Virus record (IMG/VR): IMGVR_UViG_3300010413_000011
Coordinates: 28,701 to 92,700 of that record
Reading direction: 5' to 3' (one strand)
Origin: a virus
Length of the DNA: 64,000 nt
Below, in pieces: positions 9,030 to 17,679 of the stretch (position 1 is the stretch's first letter; every line of letters starts with the position of its first letter). Below the pieces are notes generated by a model. It made no database searches, had not been told where the DNA came from, and was given only the letters and a program-made list of their open reading frames with translations. The position numbers were made by a program, and so were the translations under genes.

Positions 9030-11613
9030 ATGGCATAAGACTTCAATCGATCTTACTAGAAGTAAGCAGGGTCGTAAGACCTGTTTGAAGTGTCCTTGGT
9101 TTAAAAAGTTCGAGCAGGGAAAAACCGATTCGATCAACTTTTGTGTTGGCGGATACGGTTTAGTACCTGCCGATGTAATGATTGTTGGTGAGGCCCCGGG
9201 TTGGCCCGAGGCTAATGCGCGACCTCATCAACTTCATCCTTTCATGGGAGAGGATTCCTATATATTAGATTTCCTATTAAAAAAAGCAGGACTATCTCGT
9301 CGACAATTCTATATAACTAACGCTATCAAATGCAAACCTCTTCAATATGGCAAAGTCCCGATCGATATTGTTAACCGTTGTGCCTCACATCTTTGGTACG
9401 AAATAGAAATGGTTCAACCTAAATTAATAATTGCTCTAGGTGCTGACGCTCTCAAAGCCTTGACAGGTAGACCATTTTCGATAACACAGGAAAGAGGATT
9501 CAGGCGAACGTTTAGTGACTTCGTCAATTTAGAGAGAATAGGACTAGCTGAATCTAATTGGTCGGATCTCGAGGACGATTTCGGAGACATTTGGGTTTAT
9601 CCGATGAGACATCCTCATTTACTTTATAAAGATCCTAGATGGTTATCTACTTTTAAGTTCGACTTTAAAGAAATAAAACGGTTGATGAGAAAAGGATTTC
9701 CCGACCATAACGAACCACCTAAGATTAAAGTTACCGATACTCTAGAACGTTTCGAAGAATTCTATAAGGCGATTCAGAAGGCACCGGCTTACTCGGTCGA
9801 TACTGAAACGACCTCCACTAGTATGATTGATGCCAAAGCTCTCTGTATCTCCTTTTCATGGGGTAGAAAAAATACCTGGGTCGTACCACTGAGGGGCCAA
9901 GGAGGAAAAAGATTTTGGCAATCTGGTGCCGATGAAATTATTCGGAAGGACCTAAAACAAATTTTTAAGGAGAAAAATATTTATCGTATTGCTCAAAATT
10001 TTAAATTTGATTATAACGTTCTCCGGAAGGAAGGATTCGGTGAGGTTTATTTTGAGTTCGACACAATGACTGCTCATCACGTTATCGACGAGACCGGTCC
10101 TTACGATTTAGAAAATATTGCCAACTTTTACGGACTCGACCTTGGTTATTGGCCAGATTCGATTTGGAAATATACTCCTCGGAATAAAAAAGCTCAGTTT
10201 GCTGACATTCCAAATAAGATTCTCTGGCAATATACCGGAGTTGACGCGTGGACTACTTGGGAACTAGGTAAGCCGAACGGTGGTAGAGTTAGGACTGAAT
10301 TAGAGAAGAACCCTAATTTAGTTCGACTGGTTAAAGAAGTTACCTTCCCACTTTCTTATCCGTTAGCAGATATGGAATACTATGGAGTCAAGTTAAACCT
10401 AGATCGAATTGGGAAATTGGAAAAATTATATCAGAAAAAATTGGATATGATAACTGGTAGACTCCGCGTACTAGCGAATAAAGAAGATTTCAATCCCTTT
10501 TCTCCCGATCAAGTTATAGAATTACTATTCAATAAGTTGAAGATGACTACTAGAGGACTAACACCTGGTCGCAAACCAAAGACCGATGCCGATGTACTAG
10601 AGATAATGTTAAGAGAGGAACGGTCGCCCAAAAAGAGAACGATCCTTCGTCTCATAATTTTAGCTCGAAGTTACAGAGCAACAATTTCTAGAGAATTACA
10701 AGGGCTCCGAAAATTGGCTCCAGACGGAAATATAAGAACGACCTATTTGATTCCAGGAACCAGAACTGGTCGTCTCTCTTCAATAGGTCCCGACTTACAA
10801 AATGTCAAACGCGGTCCTGAAATCAGAAATTGTTTTACAGTAGAAGAGGACTCATTATTTGGAGGCGGTGACTACAAGGCGATAGAACTTCGACAAGCAG
10901 CGTTGTTAAGTGGTGACCCGGAGATGTTAGATATCTTTGAGAAGGGTATAGATTTTCATACAGTCACGACAGCTCGAGTTCGTAAAATACCAGAGGAGGA
11001 AGTTACCAAAGAACAGAGAGCACGAGGAAAAGCGGTTGTGTTCGGTGGAATAATGTATGGTAGATCGATTCAAACAATGGCCGACGAATATGATTTACCA
11101 TACGAAGAAGTAGAAGATATGATGGATGGAATAGCCGAGTTGTACCATGTATTCATGAAATGGCGTGAAAGCAATGTACGAGAGGCGAAAGAAAAGTTTT
11201 ATTTGGAAACGGCTTTTTGGAAACGGACTAGACATTTCCCTGCTTTCGAGATGATCGCGGATAGTAGATTGGCTAAGGTTCAGAGATTAAGGAATCAGTT
11301 AGGTCGCGAATTCAAACAGACGGTAGAGAAAACTGTTCGAGAATGTTACAATTATAGGATTTCCTCGCCGGCTGCCGATTGGGTTAATAAAGGAATTATT
11401 AGGCTTCATACTCGACTTCGCGAAGAGAATATGAAAACCTATTGTTTAATGCAAGTTCATGACGCGCTGTATTTGAGAGTATTTAAAAAAGAAGTTTTAT
11501 TCGTTAAACAGTTGATTAAAGAGGAAATGGAAACCACCTTGAGGTATAAAGGCAATAGACTTAAATTAGAATTTGATACTGAAATGGGAAGGTGTTGGGA
11601 TGAAAAAGAGTGA
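9013..11613 (+). CDS. polA: family A DNA polymerase with N-terminal family-4 UDG-like and 3'-5' exonuclease domains (SPO1-type architecture)
   Basis: GEAPG..NAIKCKP UDG domain; Exo DTET, NFKFD, YTGVD; TGRLSS, DYKAIELR, KAVVFGGIMYG, VHD; start could be 9001 or 8950. Confidence 0.93.
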   Translation: MATESKWHKTSIDLTRSKQGRKTCLKCPWFKKFEQGKTDSINFCVGGYGLVPADVMIVGEAPGWPEANARPHQLHPFMGEDSYILDFLLKKAGLSRRQFYITNAIKCKPLQYGKVPIDIVNRCASHLWYEIEMVQPKLIIALGADALKALTGRPFSITQERGFRRTFSDFVNLERIGLAESNWSDLEDDFGDIWVYPMRHPHLLYKDPRWLSTFKFDFKEIKRLMRKGFPDHNEPPKIKVTDTLERFEEFYKAIQKAPAYSVDTETTSTSMIDAKALCISFSWGRKNTWVVPLRGQGGKRFWQSGADEIIRKDLKQIFKEKNIYRIAQNFKFDYNVLRKEGFGEVYFEFDTMTAHHVIDETGPYDLENIANFYGLDLGYWPDSIWKYTPRNKKAQFADIPNKILWQYTGVDAWTTWELGKPNGGRVRTELEKNPNLVRLVKEVTFPLSYPLADMEYYGVKLNLDRIGKLEKLYQKKLDMITGRLRVLANKEDFNPFSPDQVIELLFNKLKMTTRGLTPGRKPKTDADVLEIMLREERSPKKRTILRLIILARSYRATISRELQGLRKLAPDGNIRTTYLIPGTRTGRLSSIGPDLQNVKRGPEIRNCFTVEEDSLFGGGDYKAIELRQAALLSGDPEMLDIFEKGIDFHTVTTARVRKIPEEEVTKEQRARGKAVVFGGIMYGRSIQTMADEYDLPYEEVEDMMDGIAELYHVFMKWRESNVREAKEKFYLETAFWKRTRHFPAFEMIADSRLAKVQRLRNQLGREFKQTVEKTVRECYNYRISSPAADWVNKGIIRLHTRLREENMKTYCLMQVHDALYLRVFKKEVLFVKQLIKEEMETTLRYKGNRLKLEFDTEMGRCWDEKE

Positions 11614-12034
11614 TATACGAAAAGATTTAGATATAGATGTGTCGAACATCAATAGGGAGATGATCGAACATCCTTTATCTCTCCAACGGTGGGGAGTTAA
11701 GTTGGCCAGAGCAAAACGAGTAGCAGCGAAGGCGAAGGCCCGATTACAATTTCGTGAAGCCAAATTGGATGAGGTTTACAGAATAAAGAACGAAAAATAT
11801 ACGGAACAACAAATTAAAATGAAAATAAGGAAGTCCACTTCGTATCGGGAGGTTCAGAAGGAGTTGATCGAGGCGGAATTCATAGTCGATACTTTAGACA
11901 TGGCGGTCAAGGCTTTGATGGCTCGGACCGGAATGTTGTTATCTCTCGGAGCTGTAGATCGTAAAATTTCCGATGGTGATGATTTACATATAATGAAAGA
12001 TAAAGTCAAACGTAAACTGGTTAAAAGGAGGTAA
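11600..12034 (+). CDS. UvsY-like recombination mediator (helical)
   Basis: DLDIDVSNINREM... helical protein between polymerase and SSB. Confidence 0.55.
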   Translation: MKKSDIRKDLDIDVSNINREMIEHPLSLQRWGVKLARAKRVAAKAKARLQFREAKLDEVYRIKNEKYTEQQIKMKIRKSTSYREVQKELIEAEFIVDTLDMAVKALMARTGMLLSLGAVDRKISDGDDLHIMKDKVKRKLVKRR

Positions 12035-12037
12035 CCA

Positions 12038-12940
12038 ATGCCAAAGAAAAAGGAAAAAAAGAAGGGCGGTAAAAAGAGTCTTATTGAAGAGGTTCAAAAG
12101 ACTCTGAAGGAACAAAATCGCAAGAGTGCCGGAGCGATGTTCGGCGACACTTCCATTTGGACTCCGGGTAAAGGGACCAATAAAATTCGGATACTACCGA
12201 GTTGGAACCCAGACGAAACTCCGGTCTTCTACAAAGAAGTTGCCTACCATTACTCGGTAGGACCTGATGAGTCGATTGTCATGTGTCCTCAAAGGATGGC
12301 CGGTAAACGGTGCTTCATCTGTGAGCAGGTCAAGGAGCTAAAAAAGGCAAAAGGCAAAGGAGCGAAGAAGGCAAAGGCTATCATCGAGAAGGTGAGAGCA
12401 AAGGGAAGAATTCTCTACAACATCGTGGACCTCAACGACAAAAAGGCTGGGATTCAGGTCTTTATCTCTGGACCAAAGATTTTCAAGGAATTGTTATCGA
12501 TGGTCATTGATGAGGATATCGGAGACATCTCCGACCCGAAAGAGGGATTCGATATCAAAATCATCCGCGAAGGTGAAGGTCTCGACACCGAGTACAGGGT
12601 CCGGGCCGCTGCGAAGGCAACAGCAATCAAGAAAAAGGCTTGGCTAAAAGGCCTGAACGATCTCGACGCTCTGGCTGGTGATCTCCCGAGTTATGAGGAT
12701 ACCAAGGCGGCTTGGGAAGGCGAAGACGAAACGGACGACGAAGAGGATGACGACGACGAGGAAGCAGACGACGAAGAGGATGACGACGAAGACGAAGAGG
12801 ATGACGACGAAGACGAAGAGGACGAGGATGACGAAGACGAAGAGGACGAGGACGACGATGAAGAAGATGACGATGACGAGGAAGAAGAGGAGCGTCCGAA
12901 GAAAAGTAAAAAGAAAAAGAAGGGAAAGAAAAAGAAGTAA
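12038..12940 (+). CDS. gp32-like single-stranded DNA-binding protein
   Basis: KIRILP, HY...CP...CFICE Zn site, DISDPKEGFDIKI..G.G.DTEY; long acidic tail; AGGAGG SD. Confidence 0.85.
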   Translation: MPKKKEKKKGGKKSLIEEVQKTLKEQNRKSAGAMFGDTSIWTPGKGTNKIRILPSWNPDETPVFYKEVAYHYSVGPDESIVMCPQRMAGKRCFICEQVKELKKAKGKGAKKAKAIIEKVRAKGRILYNIVDLNDKKAGIQVFISGPKIFKELLSMVIDEDIGDISDPKEGFDIKIIREGEGLDTEYRVRAAAKATAIKKKAWLKGLNDLDALAGDLPSYEDTKAAWEGEDETDDEEDDDDEEADDEEDDDEDEEDDDEDEEDEDDEDEEDEDDDEEDDDDEEEEERPKKSKKKKKGKKKK

Positions 12941-12952
12941 CTGGTACTTGCC

Positions 12953-13870
12953 ATGATCTTAATTATCGACGGTAACAATGCGGCCTTCAGGGCTAATTCG
13001 GTTCTTACCATGAGTTGGAAGACCAAAAGGACAAGTGCCATTTTCGGAACTTTATCGATAGTTCGGTCAGTCATGAACAGAGTGGATCCTAGTAAAGTTA
13101 TCGTCGTATGGGACATCGGCGGTTCAAAATACCGAAAAAGATTGTTTCCTGAGTATAAAAAGAAACGAATCGAAAAAAGAGATGACGATGATTTCCAAAC
13201 TTTCATCGACCAAGTTCAAATACTCAGAGATCGAATCTTTCCAGTTCTAGGGATTACTCAAGCGGTAAAGTCTGGAGTCGAAGCGGATGATGTTATATAT
13301 CGTCTCGCAAAATACTACTCGGTTAAAAAGGAAAAAGTGATTATACTTTCGGGAGATACCGACTTGTATCAATTGGTGAGCAAACGAGTTTCAATAATCT
13401 CACCTAGTCGGAAACGAAACGATTTTATAACCAATAAAAACTTTACCCGGATTACTAAAGGATTGGATCAAGATCAATTTGTGTCATACAAAATGTTAGT
13501 CGGAGATCCTTCCGATGGTATCCCGGGCGTACCAGGTTTCGGTGACAAAACTTCTCGTGTGGCCTTGGGACACTATAAGTCGGCAGAGGAGGCGGTCGAG
13601 CATTATGACGAACTGGTTAAACTGATGCCTCGGATTGCCAGATATGTAACCAGTAAGAAGGCAGAGAGTATCGTTGACCGAAACCGAAAATTAATCGATT
13701 TAAGTATCTACAATCGACCGAAACGGGTAAAGGCTTCAACGAAATTATTAATTGAGTCTGAACTAAATGAACAGGAATTTCGAAAAATTTGTAAAGAGTT
13801 CGGGTTCGTTTATATACTATCTAATTTTATGGATTGGATTGAACCATTCAAAGAGTTGGACAGGGGGTGA
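12953..13870 (+). CDS. 5'-3' exonuclease / flap endonuclease (T4 RNase H-like)
   Basis: IIDGNN, YRKRLFPEYK, EADDVI, SGDTDLYQL, GDPSDGIPGVPGFG. Confidence 0.92.
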   Translation: MILIIDGNNAAFRANSVLTMSWKTKRTSAIFGTLSIVRSVMNRVDPSKVIVVWDIGGSKYRKRLFPEYKKKRIEKRDDDDFQTFIDQVQILRDRIFPVLGITQAVKSGVEADDVIYRLAKYYSVKKEKVIILSGDTDLYQLVSKRVSIISPSRKRNDFITNKNFTRITKGLDQDQFVSYKMLVGDPSDGIPGVPGFGDKTSRVALGHYKSAEEAVEHYDELVKLMPRIARYVTSKKAESIVDRNRKLIDLSIYNRPKRVKASTKLLIESELNEQEFRKICKEFGFVYILSNFMDWIEPFKELDRG

Positions 13871-14850
13871 CCATGTATGGTTATCAAATTTATCTGACCC
13901 ACGGCTGTAATCTGCGGTGTCGGCAATGTGGTGTCTGGAGGGCCAAATCGATCGGTCGGGAAAAACAATGGACCGAATGGGCAGCTATCCTACCGACCAT
14001 GGTCCAGGTTTTCGAGAAAACATTTCATCGGAAACCAGCGTTCAAATTGATGGGAGGCGAACCAACAATTTATCCGGGTTTCGAAGAAGTTTGTAGAGCA
14101 ATTAAAACACTCGGTTGTAATATTTCTGTTCTGTCGAATGTTAGTAAAACCTGGCAGTGGGAAATGTTGACTCGAGTTTTGGGAAAAGGGGATTCAATTT
14201 TCGTTTCAATGGATTTCTTTCCGAATAGAAGGAAACAATATGAGATGAGATCCGATCCGGCAGAAGAGAAGGCTTTTGCTGCCCTCCATTTCATCGAGAC
14301 CTTTCCCGACAACCAAACCGATTTCGAGGTCGGCGTAAATATTACGGTATCTTCGGATACCTTGCCTAGATTATCTGGCCTTATTGATTGTTTGGTTCAG
14401 TTGAACGCTAAGATGAATATTTGTCTTCGGCAAGGCAGCGAACCGAATGAGGACGAACTCTACCACGTTCTTAGGGCACCGAATCGAACTGGCAATTTAA
14501 ACCAGGAGGAGGTCGACCAGTTAGTCAAAATTATGCTATCCGACTTATTGCCAGTTCCAGATCTTTTTCTCGGATCAAAGGAATACATTAGGATAATTCA
14601 GGTTCACGGAGCGAATAACGATTGGCATTGTAGAGATCAACTCCACCTTCCGTATATTTATTTGGATTGCGATGGTTCGGTAATGGCGTGTCCAGACGTC
14701 GCCTTACCAGATCCTCAGGTTTTACCTTTAGCGAGTCCGACTCCTTTTGTTTGGACCGAGAGGATGTTGAAGACCTATCGTGCCAAATGTTGTGGCTGTA
14801 CTATTTCGTCAGCGATGACCGATGTTGTCGCAGCACTCTGGGAGAAATAA
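13867..14850 (+). CDS. radical SAM enzyme with C-terminal Cys-rich (Twitch/SPASM-like) region
   Basis: CNLRCRQC, GGEPT, WHC...DGSVMACP...CCGC. Confidence 0.88.
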   Translation: MTMYGYQIYLTHGCNLRCRQCGVWRAKSIGREKQWTEWAAILPTMVQVFEKTFHRKPAFKLMGGEPTIYPGFEEVCRAIKTLGCNISVLSNVSKTWQWEMLTRVLGKGDSIFVSMDFFPNRRKQYEMRSDPAEEKAFAALHFIETFPDNQTDFEVGVNITVSSDTLPRLSGLIDCLVQLNAKMNICLRQGSEPNEDELYHVLRAPNRTGNLNQEEVDQLVKIMLSDLLPVPDLFLGSKEYIRIIQVHGANNDWHCRDQLHLPYIYLDCDGSVMACPDVALPDPQVLPLASPTPFVWTERMLKTYRAKCCGCTISSAMTDVVAALWEK

Positions 14851-14851
14851 A

Positions 14852-16762
14852 ATGATACTTTCTGCTCCTAAAATTGCCCATATTGGCTTGGACAATCGAG
14901 TTTACCAAACTCATTGCCTTCATCCGAAAAATTTTTTACAATTTTTGGGAGGGCGAGGATTGAACAGTCATCTGACTTTTCAAAACCGCTCTATTAATTT
15001 CCCGATGGTTTTTATTACTCCAGGGTTGTTGACTGGAACTCTGTGTCCATCGTCGTCTCGCTGTACTATTGGTACTAATATATCACCCTCTTTAGGAAGA
15101 TGGGCTGATGGGAATCTCGGAGGATTTTTTGGAGCTGAACTAAGAAGAGCAGGTTGGAATCAAATTTGGTTAGAAGGTATTTCCGAAAAACCTATTTTAA
15201 TATATATTGAAAACCAAAAAATAAAAAGTGTTGACGCTGGTAATCTTTGGGGACTCGGAGTTCATGACACAACTGAGAGAATCCGAGAAGAGTTTGGGCC
15301 GGACGCTCAGTCTCTTGTAATCGGGCCGGCCGGAGAAACCCAGGTCGCGTACGCCTGCGTTATGTCGGGCGATAGAGCGGCAGGAGGAGGCGGTATTGGT
15401 GCCGTCCTCGGGAAAATGAAAGTCAAGGCGATCGTTGTTCGGGGAACTAGAGGTCTTGAACCTGCCCAACCCGAGGAGTTTATGGACGCTTGTCTGGCGG
15501 CTCATAAACAAGTTCGATCGAATCCTTTGTTCGGTGAGTTTTCACAATCTGGTACTTCAATTATTACATCCATTTATAAAGGAGTCAAAGCACTACCGGT
15601 TAATTATTGGGATAAAGGAGATTCGCCACACGCTTACAAATTCGAACCAGGAAATTTGAAGACGAAAGTTGTAAAAAGTCGAGCTTGCTATGGTTGTTCG
15701 ATTCATTGCTCTCATGAACTTACTTTCGGGTTCGAAGGGGTAGAGTACGAGGCGTTGAACGGGCTCGGTCTTAAAATTGGAATCACCGATCTAGACGAAT
15801 GCCTTCGTTTGATAAAATGGTTCAACAACCTGGGTCTCGATGTAGTCCAGACCTCTGGCGTTCTAGGTATGTTGATGAAAATGACCGAAGATGGCTTCGC
15901 GATGAATATGGATCGAATTAAATTTGGAGATGCTGAGGCTATTTGGACGCGAGTTGCTAGTTGGATGGATAGTAGAAGAAGAGATCTCAGTTTTTGGAAT
16001 GGTCTTGACGCCGGGTTCGAAAGATATTCTGAGATATTTCCTCCAGGTCCTGACGGAAATAAGGGCGATGTTCTTAAACGATTCCGTCGAAAGTATTCGG
16101 TCGATATTAAAAATTCAATGCCACCCAGCCTAGACTTCAGGGTTCCAGAAAACTTTGCGGCTACTATTGCTTGTATGACGGCTACTCGAGGCGCTGACCA
16201 TCTTAGAAGTTTGGCACCGATTGAGGCCTACGGTCAGTGGTACGGGAGAGAGGATCTCGAGGCGATGGCTATTCATTTTGGAATACCATCTGATATTATG
16301 AAAGAATGGTTGGACCTGGACGGGTTCGATCCTAAAATAAATTCGAAAAGTATAAGAGGAAAGGTTGCTATCATTTCTTACTTTCAAGATCAAAATGCTG
16401 TGACCGATGCCCTGGGTCTTTGTCGATTCGCCTCAAGTTGGAGAATGGGAGTCGGCCTCGAGTTGATGGCGGAGATGGTTTCGACTTTTCTTGGTATAGA
16501 TATGAACTGGTGTGGCCTGCGAGCAGTGGGCCAGAGGATAACCGTCTTAGAAAGATATCTGAACTCGAAAGTGTACGGCATGAATAAGTTCAGTGATTAT
16601 CCTCCCGAGAAATTTTTCGTAGAGCCTTTGAATGGGAGGAATCAACTCTCACATCATGACGTAAGATCAGCCCGCGATCAGTTCTATGAGTATAACGGAT
16701 ATGACGAGCAGGGATGTCCGACACCGGATACTTTTGAAAAATTAGGATTGGTTGTCAAATGA
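14852..16762 (+). CDS. aor: aldehyde:ferredoxin oxidoreductase family (W/Mo-bis-pterin) catalytic subunit
   Basis: LGGRG, GGFFGAELRRAG, IGPAGE, RAAGGGGIGAV, CYGCSIHC, EYEA, LGLD, RGADH, DALGLCRF, RITVLERYLN. Confidence 0.9.
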   Translation: MILSAPKIAHIGLDNRVYQTHCLHPKNFLQFLGGRGLNSHLTFQNRSINFPMVFITPGLLTGTLCPSSSRCTIGTNISPSLGRWADGNLGGFFGAELRRAGWNQIWLEGISEKPILIYIENQKIKSVDAGNLWGLGVHDTTERIREEFGPDAQSLVIGPAGETQVAYACVMSGDRAAGGGGIGAVLGKMKVKAIVVRGTRGLEPAQPEEFMDACLAAHKQVRSNPLFGEFSQSGTSIITSIYKGVKALPVNYWDKGDSPHAYKFEPGNLKTKVVKSRACYGCSIHCSHELTFGFEGVEYEALNGLGLKIGITDLDECLRLIKWFNNLGLDVVQTSGVLGMLMKMTEDGFAMNMDRIKFGDAEAIWTRVASWMDSRRRDLSFWNGLDAGFERYSEIFPPGPDGNKGDVLKRFRRKYSVDIKNSMPPSLDFRVPENFAATIACMTATRGADHLRSLAPIEAYGQWYGREDLEAMAIHFGIPSDIMKEWLDLDGFDPKINSKSIRGKVAIISYFQDQNAVTDALGLCRFASSWRMGVGLELMAEMVSTFLGIDMNWCGLRAVGQRITVLERYLNSKVYGMNKFSDYPPEKFFVEPLNGRNQLSHHDVRSARDQFYEYNGYDEQGCPTPDTFEKLGLVVK

Positions 16763-17379
16763 GAAAAGAACGAATTAAAAGTCTATGGAGTCATCTTACA
16801 TCGACACCGGTCGAAATCGTTCGAGGTTTTTCTCGTGCCGTTGTTTTGGTGACAAGGCAGTTAATCCTTTTAGAGAATCCTGTAGAAAGGATCTTACCGA
16901 AGTCAGCGCTCCTCTGTTCTTTTCAGCCTAAAAAACTTTCATACGAAAAGGCTGACTCATACCTGGGTTTCCTCCTAACCAAAAGGATTAGAGTCGATTA
17001 TACTAAATGTACGGGCTGTAAGGCATGCGAGTTGGCGTGCTCTTTAAACCATTACGGACGCTGCGAACCCGAGGAATCGAGAATCAGAATTGACCGACAA
17101 TGTAAAAAGTCGGCAGAGTTCTTTCCTTTCGTTTGTCAACACTGTACGATGCCCGAATGCGTTGTGGTCTGCCCGTCTGGAGCTTGTACGAGAACAAAAG
17201 AAGGTCTCGTAGTCGTAGACCCGGAACTTTGTATTGGTTGTAAACTTTGTATAATCGTTTGTCCGCTGAGTTCAGCGGCATGGAATTGGAGATTAGGTCA
17301 ATCGATGAGATGCGATCTTTGCGAAGGTGAACCGGTCTGTGTCAAGGTTTGCTCGACTAAGGCCATCGATTTTCATTGA
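16759..17379 (+). CDS. multi-[4Fe-4S] ferredoxin subunit (AorA/DmsB/HydN-like)
   Basis: CTGCKACELAC, CQHCTMPECVVVCP, CIGCKLCIIVCP, CDLC...CVKVC; ATGA overlap with AOR. Confidence 0.88.
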   Translation: MRKERIKSLWSHLTSTPVEIVRGFSRAVVLVTRQLILLENPVERILPKSALLCSFQPKKLSYEKADSYLGFLLTKRIRVDYTKCTGCKACELACSLNHYGRCEPEESRIRIDRQCKKSAEFFPFVCQHCTMPECVVVCPSGACTRTKEGLVVVDPELCIGCKLCIIVCPLSSAAWNWRLGQSMRCDLCEGEPVCVKVCSTKAIDFH

Positions 17380-17390
17380 GGAGATAGATC

Positions 17391-17651
17391 ATGGTAGAAA
17401 CAGAGCAACAAAAAGTCTATGAGGCTCTAGTTGGTTTAGGATATATTTACGGAGTGAATTGCGCACTAGAGCATATAGGCATTGACCATCGAATAATGCC
17501 AGAACAGGATGACGAGAAAGAAGGAATACTCTATCCTTGGTACGATAAAGGACCATCGGGACAAATGGAAAAGAAATTAAAACAATTGGCAAGTAATTTG
17601 GTTCAAGATGGAATTTCAGTAGCTGACGTGGAACAATGGGGTTCGTTTTGA
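17391..17651 (+). CDS. hypothetical protein
   Basis: GAGGAG SD; lies within the operon. Confidence 0.65.
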   Translation: MVETEQQKVYEALVGLGYIYGVNCALEHIGIDHRIMPEQDDEKEGILYPWYDKGPSGQMEKKLKQLASNLVQDGISVADVEQWGSF

Positions 17652-17679
17652 TCCCTAAAGGTCAAAGAAGGAGAAGATT

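Noticed and set aside
12678-13206. Alternative-frame and antisense ORFs over the SSB acidic tail
   Set aside because: Low-complexity shadows of the SSB gene
13867-14850. Calling the radical SAM protein QueE and the cluster a canonical preQ0/dpd pathway
   Set aside because: QueE-specific motifs are not evident and folE, queD and queC are absent from the window
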